From the IMG/VR virus record IMGVR_UViG_3300047159_000056, positions 64,001-128,000 of that record: 64,000 nucleotides of DNA, one strand, 5' to 3'. This document shows, one piece after another, positions 18,031-28,100 of the stretch (its first letter is position 1; each line of letters starts with the position of its first letter). Position numbers and translations under genes: made by a program. The notes under the pieces are model-generated. The model was not told the origin of the DNA and did no database searches. It saw only the letters and a program-made list of their open reading frames with translations. Source of the stretch: a virus. Its lineage: Duplodnaviria > Caudoviricetes.

Positions 18031-18297
18031 CTATTTATTATTATTCTTCTCTTGATAAACTTTGTCAGCCTTTAAATCCTGTAACTGAATTATTCTACCT
18101 CGAATGTCAATAAGGCTGCTCTTTACCTCTTTAATATCATCATTCCACTTAATAATCATATCATGGTCATTCTTTACCTGAACTTCCAAAACATCTATCC
18201 TTTTATTCAAGTCCGTCCAAGCACCCGCAAATACAATACTTAAAGAAACAAGAGCAGTAATTAAAACATTTCTTAAGCCATTATCCTTATCTCTCAT
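18031..18297 (-). CDS. Holin-like single-TM plus coiled-coil protein
   Basis: MRDKDNGLRNVLITALVSLSIVFAGAW + coiled coil; directly upstream of the lysozyme-like gene; start reassigned from 18432. Confidence 0.6.
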   Translation of the reverse strand: MRDKDNGLRNVLITALVSLSIVFAGAWTDLNKRIDVLEVQVKNDHDMIIKWNDDIKEVKSSLIDIRGRIIQLQDLKADKVYQEKNNNK

Positions 18298-18301
18298 ATC
18301 A

Positions 18302-18518
18302 TTAGTAAACATTGAACAAACCCTCCCAAGATAGTTGCAATTCACTTCCGATATACCCATCATCATAAGCCAAATCGTGAGCATTACACTCGATTTTAAA
18401 ACAGAGCAAAAAACTCGTGATAAGGAAACCATTCTTCTATAAAGGCTTGAAGTATTTTAGAGCATTACCACTGAAAAACCGCACCTGAACCACATCCGTT
18501 TACGCTATTGTCTGCCAT
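18302..18518 (-). pseudogene. Disrupted phospholipase A2-like gene
   Basis: Fragments in different frames: MADNSVNGCGSG / LKYFKP / PYHEFF / KIECNAHDLAYDDG; ATG coupled (TGATG) to the upstream stop. Confidence 0.6.
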
Positions 18519-19120
18519 CAGAAAGCGAGTTTATCGGGATAACCTTTAGTAATATCATAACTCTCCACTTCTGCAATAGTTGTGAGCATTTCCACCTCTG
18601 CCTTGTGTTGCATAGTAACGAGATAGCAAGCATCAGCGTATCTCTGTATCTTCGCAAGCATGATTTTTGCAGTATCAAGCGACAAGTTGATAATTCCTGC
18701 GGTTGTCGGAATGCTGATTGTCGTTTCACCCAACAGGCTTGCGCTCTCAATGCTGTTTTTAAACCCTGCTCTAACCTCTGCACTGAACCACAACGGAATA
18801 TTGTTGTACGTAAAACTGTTTACCGCATCGCTGTTGTCGTAATCTGTTATTTCCTTCAACTTCTTTTCGATTGCTTCCGTTAACGAATTATCTACAACAT
18901 CAGTGCTTGTTAGACTTGCGTTATACGTTTCAAGCTGCTTGCGATAATACGTTTCAAGCTGCTTGCGATAATCAGTTGCTTGCGTGTCCGTTATCTCCTT
19001 CCACGTGCTTACATCTACCGTGTCGGGCAAATATAAACAATCTGAAATTACTCTATCTTGTATCGCTACATCCGCACTTTGTGTAAGATAGTAGCCTTCT
19101 TTTGCTTGTAATGTTTTCAT
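18518..19120 (-). CDS. DUF4376-like protein (second copy)
   Basis: KLKEITDYDNSDAVNSF...YADACYLVTMQHK...YDITKGYPDKL. Confidence 0.8.
   Translation of the reverse strand: MKTLQAKEGYYLTQSADVAIQDRVISDCLYLPDTVDVSTWKEITDTQATDYRKQLETYYRKQLETYNASLTSTDVVDNSLTEAIEKKLKEITDYDNSDAVNSFTYNNIPLWFSAEVRAGFKNSIESASLLGETTISIPTTAGIINLSLDTAKIMLAKIQRYADACYLVTMQHKAEVEMLTTIAEVESYDITKGYPDKLAF
18923..18970. repeat. Perfect 24-bp tandem duplication (YRKQLETY x2)
   Basis: atacgtttcaagctgcttgcgata occurs twice in tandem. Confidence 0.9.
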
Positions 19121-22100
19121 TAAGCTATTGTCCAGTTTTTATTTGTTGCAATTAATTTATCTGCATCAGTCAATAATACCTTAGTCGTAGAAGAAAGAGT
19201 AAGCGTTTGCGCCGTTCCTCCTGTCAAGTCTGCAAGTCCGTTTATTATGACTAATGCGCTTTCTCTTGAAAGTGGAGAAGATGAAAAACTTAAACTAATT
19301 TTAATGCCGCTTATGACTCCTGTTATAGTTGTTAATGCAACGCAATTGTAAAACATATATGACATAGAAGTAACAGCAGACGTGTCAAAGTTTCCGAGGT
19401 CGAGAGTTGTTAATGCAACGCAATTGGAAAACATATATGACATAGTTAGTAACAGCAGACGTGTCAAAGTTTCCGAGGTCGAGAGTTGTTAATGCACGCA
19501 ATTGTGCACATAGAAGTAACAGCAGACGTGTCAAAGTTTCCGAGGTCGAGAGTTGTTAATGCAACGCAATTGTAAAACATATGACATAGAAGTAACAGCA
19601 GACGTGTCAAAGTTTCCGAGGTCGAGAGTTGTTAATGCAACGCAATTGTTAAACATACCTGACATAGAAGTAACAGCAGACGTGTCAAAGTTTCCGAGGT
19701 CGAGAGTTGTTAATGCAGCGCAATTGTAAAACATACCTGACATAGAAGTAACAGCAGACGTGTCAAAGTTTCCGAGGTCGAGAGTTGTTAATGCAGCGCA
19801 ATTGTAAAACATACCTGACATAGAAGTAACAGCAGACGTGTCAAAGTTTCCGAGGTCGAGAGTTGTTAATGCAACGCAATTGTAAAACATATCTGACATA
19901 GAAGTAACAGCAGACGTGTCAAAGTTTCCGAGGTCGAGAGTTGTTAATGCAACGCAATTGCGAAAACATATCTGACATAGAAGTAACAGCAGACGTGTCA
20001 AAGTTTCCGAGGTCGAGAGTTGTTAATGCAACGCAATACTGGAAAACATATCTGACATAGAAGTAACAGCAGACGTGTCCCAGCCGCTAAGGTCAAGTTC
20101 AGTTATTGCAGTTCCATTAAAACAACCATACATGTTCGTAACTGAAGTTGTATCCCACTTTTCTGCATTGACATAAGTTAGATTAGTGTCGTTTTGGAAC
20201 AATCCCCAAATCGATGTTACTCCAGTCAAGGAAGGCATCGAATATATTTCTTCAATTTCCGTATCTCCCGCTAATGCAGATTTCCAGATAGCTCCAGAAG
20301 GTATATTCGATTTCTTAACTATCGTTCCATCCGTTTTTTTATAGATTAAATTCGTAAATCCGTCAAAACACTTGTATATGTCTGAAACATTTACGCTTGC
20401 ATTTGCTATTGCATCCGTTACCGCCTTTTGGCTCATCACATCCGTTGTACTCGTACCTGTAACCTGCACGACTGCTGCCGATGAAGTCGCTTGCTTAGAA
20501 GCAACACCGAGGTCAGTCCACGTTGTTCCTCCATCGGTTGATAACATCCAATTAAAGGTCGTGGTATCTATCTTTAATTGTGGAACAGTTGATGTTGTTC
20601 CTACACTAATTGAATTAATAGAATTAGTTTGTAAAGCAGTTATATTATCAGCATTTGTTTTTTCAGCTGCTTTAGCCCTAGTTACCTCACTATCTATATT
20701 TGTTTGTAGAGTAGTTTCTGCTGCTTTTGCTCTAGTAGTTTCTGTACTAATAGCTGTTGCATTTGCTACAATTAGTTTATTTAGGCTATATGCTTCATTA
20801 TCTGTAGTGATCCAACTTCCTGCTGCATGTGCTACGGTAAATCTTCTTAATGATTCGCTATAAATAACTATAGTACCAGCAGTATAAGCGGTAGATGCAG
20901 AGAATGTAGGATATTCAGTTACTCCAGTATTAGTATTTAATCTAGTAATATTAGTAGTGTTTGTGCTTATATTAGTAGTATTAGTTGCTATATTGGATTT
21001 AATAGTAGTATCGTTATAATTAGTTACGCTGGCTAATCTTGTTATTTCTGTATCGCTTATTAAAGATTTTCCAGTTACTTTATCTACTTTAGTTGCTTCT
21101 ATGGTTGTTGCTCTAGTTATTTCATCAGATATACTTTTTTTAACTGCTGTATCGTCATAGTTTGTTACGGTAGAGAGTCTAGCTATTTCTGAAGCTGATA
21201 TTTTTCTATCTACTCTATCTAGTCCTTGATTTATTTCATTCAAGGATTTAGATACAACATCTTCATTTTCTTTTACAGTTTTGCTAAGATCTCCTACTGT
21301 TACTGCTACAACTTTTTCATCGCTTTCTAGATCTGTATTATTTGCTTTTAGGTCTAGGGCTGTTTGTTGTGGTCCTGATACTGGTTTATTTAGGTCACTA
21401 GTATTATCAACCTGAGCTAGTCCTATATCTCCTTTTGTTAGAGTTATATTACTAGATAGTGGTATGGAATTAATAGTAGTTGTCTTATCTACTTTTTTAT
21501 CAAGTGCTGTCTGTTGTGGCCCAGATACTGGTAATGTAGTTGCTGTATAAGAAGCATAGCTACCAAGTCCAACCTGTGCTGCTGTTACACTATGAGGATT
21601 ATCTGTCCTGCTAGTATGTGCGCTAAGGTTATTAGTAATAGTAGTTGCGGTAGGAAGGCCAGCTAATTTTGTTATATCGGAATCAGGTACTAAGGAATAG
21701 CCAGTTTTTTTATCTACCTTTGTATTTAGGGCAGTTTGTGTAGCTGTTGATATTGGTTTACTAATATCGCTAGTATTATCTACATTTCCCAGTCCTATAT
21801 CACTTTTGGTTAAGCTAATATCAGAGCCGAGATCATAGCCATTAATTTTAGTATTATTTGTGGCCATTGTAGCTCTAATATTATTTAGGGCTCCTGCAGA
21901 TGTTTGTTCTAGTTCTTTTAGGCCATCCTTTATTTCTCCTGTTATTTGGGCGATTGATTTTTCGTCTTCCCCCAGATTATTTAGGATATCTGTATCAGCT
22001 TTTTCTAGTTCTGTTTTTACTTTTCCCAGGTTTTCTGTTGTACCTGATTCTAGTTCTTTAAATTTATTTGCTACTGCTTTATTTTGTATAGAATTTTCAG

Positions 22101-22335
22101 AGGATTCGTCTAGCTCGGTGTCTACTAATGTCGCCCATAGACCTGTAGTAGTATTAGGGGTATTGGAAGAGGAGAATATGTATCTAGTTTTTGTCTCAGA
22201 GCAGTAGGATATGTGCCCTTCATCGAGACTAGTGCTAGGATAATTTTTCATTTCTTCCAGTGTAGCAAAGGAATCTCTATTAAAGTTCGATTGTTTTCCC
22301 TGATAGTCAAAGTTATCACCTATTTTTAAAGCCAT
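19120..22335 (-). CDS. Tail fibre/adhesin with coiled shaft and C-terminal DUF285/BspA-like LRR array; about 1074 aa once the repeat indels are repaired
   Basis: Joins track ORFs 20023-22335, 19531-20001 and 19120-19467; GLxxVDNTSDxxKPxS shaft repeats; 26-aa LDLGNFDTSAVTSMSxMFxNCxALTT repeats; cap ...IATNKNWTIA; net indel -9 keeps start and end in one frame. Confidence 0.82.
19327..20079 (-). repeat. Tandem array of 78-bp units (9 units + 1 partial)
   Basis: Units start at 19327, 19405, 19484, 19551, 19627, 19705, 19783, 19861, 19939 and 20018; about 48 nt of each unit invariant. Confidence 0.97.
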
Positions 22336-22338
22336 ATT

Positions 22339-23271
22339 TTATGAATAAGTTTGTTTAAATCCTGTTATAGTAGTTGGTTTAGTTAGAGTATATACATTAT
22401 AGGTTATTCCTCCTATACTAAGAGTGCTCATGGTATAAGAGTTTATATATTCAAAGTTATTTCCATCTTTTATAGAACTAAGTGAGCCAAAGTAGGAAGG
22501 ATAAGCGAAGCATGTTTTTTGATTAGTCATACTTATATTATCCCAACCAAATGATTTACTTCCTCCTAGTCTTTGTGTAAAGTTTCCTGTTATTAAGGTT
22601 GCACTTGGTACTACACCGTCATCTACTATACCATAATAAGATGGGTCAACTACATTAACTGTACAACTGGAGCTACTAGTTAGTCCTTGATATACAGCGC
22701 TCATTGTGTAGGATTTACTAGTATGAGCTGATTCACTAAGAGTAATTGTTGTTCCTATTTCAGTTGTTGTAGATCCGTTAAAGACTATAGTAGCTGAAGA
22801 AGTAACATCAGTACCTTTTCTATAAGCATGCCAAGTAAATATGACATTGCTACTAGTTTTTGTTTGTATTAGATATGTACTTGCTGATAGTGAAGTAGTT
22901 AGTGGGAAGAGTTGGTGTTGTAGTTCTAGGATTATGCTAGAGTCTATTTCTCTCCATCCCAAGATATTAGTAAATTCATAACCACCACCAAAGTATTCCC
23001 ATTCTTCATAATTACCAGAGCTATCAGTAAATTCGACTATAACTCCAAGTATTTTTTGGGAATCACTAAGTTTACCACCTAGTGTAGTTATAGCTGTATC
23101 TAGTGTATATGAATTACCAGATTTTAGGGGCCAAAGAACTGTTGCATTATATTTACCGAACAGCTTAGTAATAGTTGTACCAGTTTGTTCGTGTAGGATA
23201 GCATCTGTTACTGTAGCTGGCACAAAGTTTTTCCCTTCTTCTGATAGTATTCTTATTTCTTTTTTACTCAT
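22339..23271 (-). CDS. Putative tail-fibre adaptor/virion protein
   Basis: C-terminal YYG...FAYPSYFGSLSSIKDGNNFEY domain shared with 38126-39631 and 23884-25104. Confidence 0.7.
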   Translation of the reverse strand: MSKKEIRILSEEGKNFVPATVTDAILHEQTGTTITKLFGKYNATVLWPLKSGNSYTLDTAITTLGGKLSDSQKILGVIVEFTDSSGNYEEWEYFGGGYEFTNILGWREIDSSIILELQHQLFPLTTSLSASTYLIQTKTSSNVIFTWHAYRKGTDVTSSATIVFNGSTTTEIGTTITLSESAHTSKSYTMSAVYQGLTSSSSCTVNVVDPSYYGIVDDGVVPSATLITGNFTQRLGGSKSFGWDNISMTNQKTCFAYPSYFGSLSSIKDGNNFEYINSYTMSTLSIGGITYNVYTLTKPTTITGFKQTYS

Positions 23272-23274
23272 ATA

Positions 23275-23877
23275 TTATTTATTTATTCCAAAATAATCAC
23301 ATATGCCTTTTATAATAATCTCTGATAGTGTATCTTTTCCTTGATCGCTTAGAAGATATTTTACGTCTTCCAGGTTATCTTGGAATAGATTTTCTACAAG
23401 AACAGCTGGCATTGATGTTTTTGTTAGGACTGTAAAATTATCTACCCAGTAAGAGTGTTCTGGATCAGGTTTTCTTACTTTCATATGTTCTAGTCCTGCT
23501 TCTGTTGCTAGGAGTGAAGCTAATCTTTTAGAATTTCCGCTACATGTAGGAGATACAAATACTGACCAACCTCTTGCGCTCATCCATTTACCTTCATTTC
23601 CAGCTGCATTTACGTGAATAGATATGAATATAGATTTTTCCTTTGGATATTTTTTAGAGAATGCATTAGCTCTTTTACATCTATTAGTTAGTCCTACTTC
23701 TGGTCCTTCATCTTCTTCTGGTCCTGTAGTTCTAGTATGTCGTATATTAAGTTCATCTAATTTTTCCTCTAAGATTTCTGTTAATTCTCTTGCCCATCTG
23801 TATTCTCTTAATCTACCGTCTGGGCTTCTCTTACCAGGGACTTCTCCATTATGTCCTGGATCTAATATTACAATCAT
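23275..23877 (-). CDS. N-acetylmuramoyl-L-alanine amidase (Amidase_3), putative endolysin
   Basis: ILDPGH, LREY, FISIHVNA and PAVLVENLF Zn-binding/catalytic motifs. Confidence 0.93.
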   Translation of the reverse strand: MIVILDPGHNGEVPGKRSPDGRLREYRWARELTEILEEKLDELNIRHTRTTGPEEDEGPEVGLTNRCKRANAFSKKYPKEKSIFISIHVNAAGNEGKWMSARGWSVFVSPTCSGNSKRLASLLATEAGLEHMKVRKPDPEHSYWVDNFTVLTKTSMPAVLVENLFQDNLEDVKYLLSDQGKDTLSEIIIKGICDYFGINK

Positions 23878-23883
23878 ATAAGT

Positions 23884-25104
23884 TTATTTAATTTCAATAT
23901 TAATAGGATTACCAGTTTGAATATAGGTAGTTCTAAATAATTTATAGTCTAAGATGATTCCTCTATTATTTTCTAGAGTAACATCACTAATTACAAAGTC
24001 AGAGTTTAGGTTTTTGCTTACATATGTTTTATAGCTACTATTATAGAGTTCCTTAGGTATTAGGATATAAGGATATTTACCACCACTACAATCAAATGCA
24101 GTATCACTAAGTCCTCCTGATTCTGTAAAACTATTAGAGAATCCAGTTAAGTCATTTTGGGTAATTAATTTCTTTTCACCAAAGCTAAGATCACCAGTTC
24201 CTGCATAGTATTTATAAGCAAATTTAAAAGTAACCGAACCACTAACTTTATTCACATCATCTATCCAAGAAGTAACATCATAAGTATAGCTAGCTCTTGT
24301 AGTTGAATGTATAATTTCTTTTGACATCCAGCTAAGAAAATCACTACTAATTACTCCTTTTGTTGGTCCTTCTACTGTAGATTTTATAACGTCTGACTTA
24401 TTATTTTCTGTTCCTTTTATTACGCTCCAGATAACAGATGAGCCAGATAGTGTCCAGGTAACAAGAGGTTTTACTACTTTCCAGCTTATTTTAGGAAGTA
24501 CATATCCTCCTATTTCCTGCCAATAAGTAGAACCAGTTCCAGAAGTATTATAAGGAAGATTAGCAGCAACAAGTTTATATAGTTCATTCCACTTATCTAT
24601 ATCAGTTTTATCCAGCGTTCCATCACTGTCTATATCTAAGTTTTCGTCATAAATTTTGCTTTCAACGTCAAATGCTGCTTTATCTACTGTATTTTGTCTA
24701 TCTGTTTCTGCTGTAGCTGCATCTGTATAGGCTGAACCTGCTACTAGTCCTGATATAGAGGAAGGGTGAACTGTATTTTCTGTAGACTTTACATAATCTT
24801 TAAGGGCATTTATATCTACTCCTACTTGATCAGATAAGTCTCTAAGGGCTGCAACTGATACTGCTCTACTATCGTCTGTTGTATCTTCTAGACTTTCTGT
24901 TACTCTAGGTATCCAATGTCCAGTATCATCTAGATTTTTTTCTGAATCATAGTAGTACCAGGTACCAGAGAGACAAATTTCAAAAGACTTAGGAACAGGT
25001 GTAGTCCAATTTTTTAATTCTTCTTTAGACTTAGCTATTCCCTGTCTACCATCTAGGAAATCTTCAGCTTTATAAGAAAAATTTGTTCCAATGTATGTTG
25101 ACAT
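23884..25104 (-). CDS. Putative tail-fibre adaptor/virion protein with EF-hand-like loop
   Basis: N-terminus IGTNFSY..FLDGR resembles IGDNFDY..NFNR of the fibre gene; DIDSDGTLDKTD loop. Confidence 0.7.
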   Translation of the reverse strand: MSTYIGTNFSYKAEDFLDGRQGIAKSKEELKNWTTPVPKSFEICLSGTWYYYDSEKNLDDTGHWIPRVTESLEDTTDDSRAVSVAALRDLSDQVGVDINALKDYVKSTENTVHPSSISGLVAGSAYTDAATAETDRQNTVDKAAFDVESKIYDENLDIDSDGTLDKTDIDKWNELYKLVAANLPYNTSGTGSTYWQEIGGYVLPKISWKVVKPLVTWTLSGSSVIWSVIKGTENNKSDVIKSTVEGPTKGVISSDFLSWMSKEIIHSTTRASYTYDVTSWIDDVNKVSGSVTFKFAYKYYAGTGDLSFGEKKLITQNDLTGFSNSFTESGGLSDTAFDCSGGKYPYILIPKELYNSSYKTYVSKNLNSDFVISDVTLENNRGIILDYKLFRTTYIQTGNPINIEIK

Positions 25105-25130
25105 ATATTTTTATTTAGTTTAATATATAT

Positions 25131-25181
25131 CTCTGTCTCTCCCCATTCTCTTTATATATTGGAGAAGAAAGAGAGACAGAA
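25131..25181 (-). terminator. Intergenic hairpin, possible terminator
   Basis: tctgtctctc...gagagacaga inverted repeat after the giant gene. Confidence 0.4.
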
Positions 25182-25191
25182 ATACTAAAGA

Positions 25192-28100
25192 TTAAGTGTT
25201 AACTGTAAGTACTTTGATACCATCCTTAATAGTCTTGTAAGCTGCAATACTAGCTTCTGTACTTCCTTCAATCATGGCAGAAGTAATAGTCATAGTAGCA
25301 GAATTTCCAAAACTTATTATATTAGCCTTCGAGAAATCAGAACCACTTGCTGCTGGTGGGAATATACCATAACTAGATATTGTTCCATTATATGTATTCC
25401 AGATATACAGTGAGTTATCATCTTTCAGGGCATTTTGTAGAGAGAAGCCAGATCTAAAGTAGTTGCCATAATATACGTTAGTATAGTAAGCATTAAACAT
25501 AGAATCTACTCTAAGGCCAGAATAGTAAGCCATATCCATACCTTCACTTCCGCTATAGACTGGTGCCTCTGTTGTACCACTAACGATAGGAGTATACATG
25601 ATATTATGATGTAGCTTCAAGGAATTGTTATTAGTATAGTTATAGCCAGTCCAAGAATTAGAAGGTGTACTATTCTTAAACAGGTGGGCGCTCTTAGGTA
25701 TTGAACCAGATAAGAGCAAGTAATAATCATTGTGAGTTACTTTTAATCCTGAAACGTCTGTAACAGGAATAGGAGGTAAGATCAAATGAAAATTAAATGC
25801 CTGATTAAGAGATGTGCAACTAGTAAAGCCAACTGGGATATAGTAATAAACATTAGCTACATCTGTTACACCTGTTGAGCTATCTGTAGTAGAAGTTTGC
25901 CAATAATATCTAGGAAGGATATTTAGTCCATAGAAGGTATTATAAGGATTAACTGTTTTACAAGCTTTCAATAGATGTTCTGGCATTACTCCTTCTAGAG
26001 GTTTATCACTAGATGTAGAGAAGCAGTGACTTATATCGCAACTACTAGAGCAACCATAGAATATATCAGGCGGTGCAAATAGATAAGCATTACTAACAGT
26101 AGCAGTAGTAACAGAAAAGTTATTATATGTTACATTGCCACTCTGTATACTAGCTATATAGTCTGTTTTCTTAGTAACTCCATCATAATCTGTCCAGTTA
26201 AGATCATCTAGTTCAGAATTTTCATCATCTTTTGCAATAACTCCGCTCTCATAGAAATAATAACCAGTATCATCTTTCTTCAAGATATAGTACTTAGTTG
26301 TTCTATCTGTATAAGTAGCTGAGCCATCGTCAAGTTTGATAAAGTTTCTATTAGGTCTTTCTGAAACTTCCGTTGGTGGTATGAAGCATCTAGGTCCGCT
26401 TTCTCCATCATCCCAAGAAGTATTAGCAAAGCAACCATTCAAGCTAGTTATGGTATTTGTATATGAATACTTTGTCAGGGTTCCTTTTTTGAATGATGCA
26501 GCCACAGTTGAATCACTCTGATAAAATTTGGTTAATGTACTAGAGAGGGCTACATTATTAGTATTAACATAGACATCTGTAGTAATATTAGCTTGTCTCT
26601 TCTTAAAGAAATCATAAGTCAGTGTATTCTTTATATACATCCCATTAAACATATCAGGTGCATATGTTACTTTTGGAAGAGAAGCAAATATATTACCGAG
26701 TTTTACATAGAGATTAGTAGCTTCTTTACTTGATATAATACTAGCAACTGTATGAGTATCATCTATTGAACTATCTATCTTAGCTACTTTGAAATTGTAG
26801 AACATAGCTCCTGTACTAGTAACGCTATAATTTATCTTACCATCGGGGAAATTTATTACAGCTTTATTAGAATCAGTAGTATAGTATGTACAATTACTAA
26901 ACATGTTAGAGAAACTTGTTAACTTACAGTCTGTATTATTAACGTTAAACAAGATATTATAGAATAGATCCAGGTCGCCATCAATTAAGTATTTGCTAAA
27001 AGGTAGACCATTGTAGGATCTATCATTATTATCAATTAAGGTTGAAGTTGATCCGGCATTCTTAATAAATTGTGGCCAGTTAATAAATGTCCAGAGTCTA
27101 ATTGGATTATCAGTTGTATCTATATTGAAGGATGCTCTAATAGACTTTATTGTTGTACCTGAAGTCAAGCTATATAGGAGACCATCAAATGCAATTACTC
27201 CTGTGTATTTCCTATTCCACAAAAATCCGTAGATAGATGTTAAGGAAGGCCAATTAGTAGTAGCATTATCGAAAGCTCCTGTAAAGTCTATAGTAGTATT
27301 AGATGAACTGAATCCTAGATATTGTAAGCTAGTTACTTTCAATGGATGTTTACCACCTGGATGAAAGAAGTCAGATAATTTTACTGTACTTAGGGCATTA
27401 CAACTAGAATCAACTACTTTTAGAACACCATACCAACCATATCCATTCCACCACCATTCGCTATTCCAGATTACATTTATCTTTTCGATAATATTTTTCA
27501 TAATATCGATTGGAGTAGATATTTCCTGATAGTTTCTTGGATTCACATAACCTGTTATATCTATGGCGCTTGAATTACTACCAAAGCTAAACATATTATA
27601 GTGAAGGGCTGTTATCTGATTACCTGCAAAACATCTAGTTACATTGGTTACATTAGTGAATCCTGACATATCCAAATATAGTTTTGTAGATCCAGCCAAG
27701 TCACTCTTTAGGTTAGTTTCACTATATGCAATTCCCTGATTTAGGAACATATTAGAGACATTTGTTATCTTGCTTCTTGTAATTCCTTTTATATCTCCGG
27801 AGTTTCCTCCCCATATACTATCAGTGTTTATGAATTGTTTTGCTGCGGCTAATCCTATTGATCCTGTAAAACCATTAGTAATTGCAAACAAGCTAGCTAC
27901 GGATGTTGTAGTCTGAGGTACATAGAGTGGTGTTAAATATACTCCACCGGTTCCACTATTAGTACCAGATTGAGAGCATAGTGTATAGCTTCTGTCATCT
28001 GTAAAAATATTGGTTCCTTTTACATTTAACTGATTACCACCTATATAAGCTAGAGCAATATCTTGATAGAATGCATAATCAGGAAGATCTATTTCTCCAC

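Noticed and set aside
18298-18432. N-terminal extension of the holin-like ORF given by the track
   Set aside because: Overlaps the PLA2-like remnant in another frame; ATG at 18297 just after the remnant's stop is the better start
19327-20079. CRISPR array
   Set aside because: The variable parts are near-identical to each other, the unit is 26 in-frame codons of an LRR, and there are no cas genes
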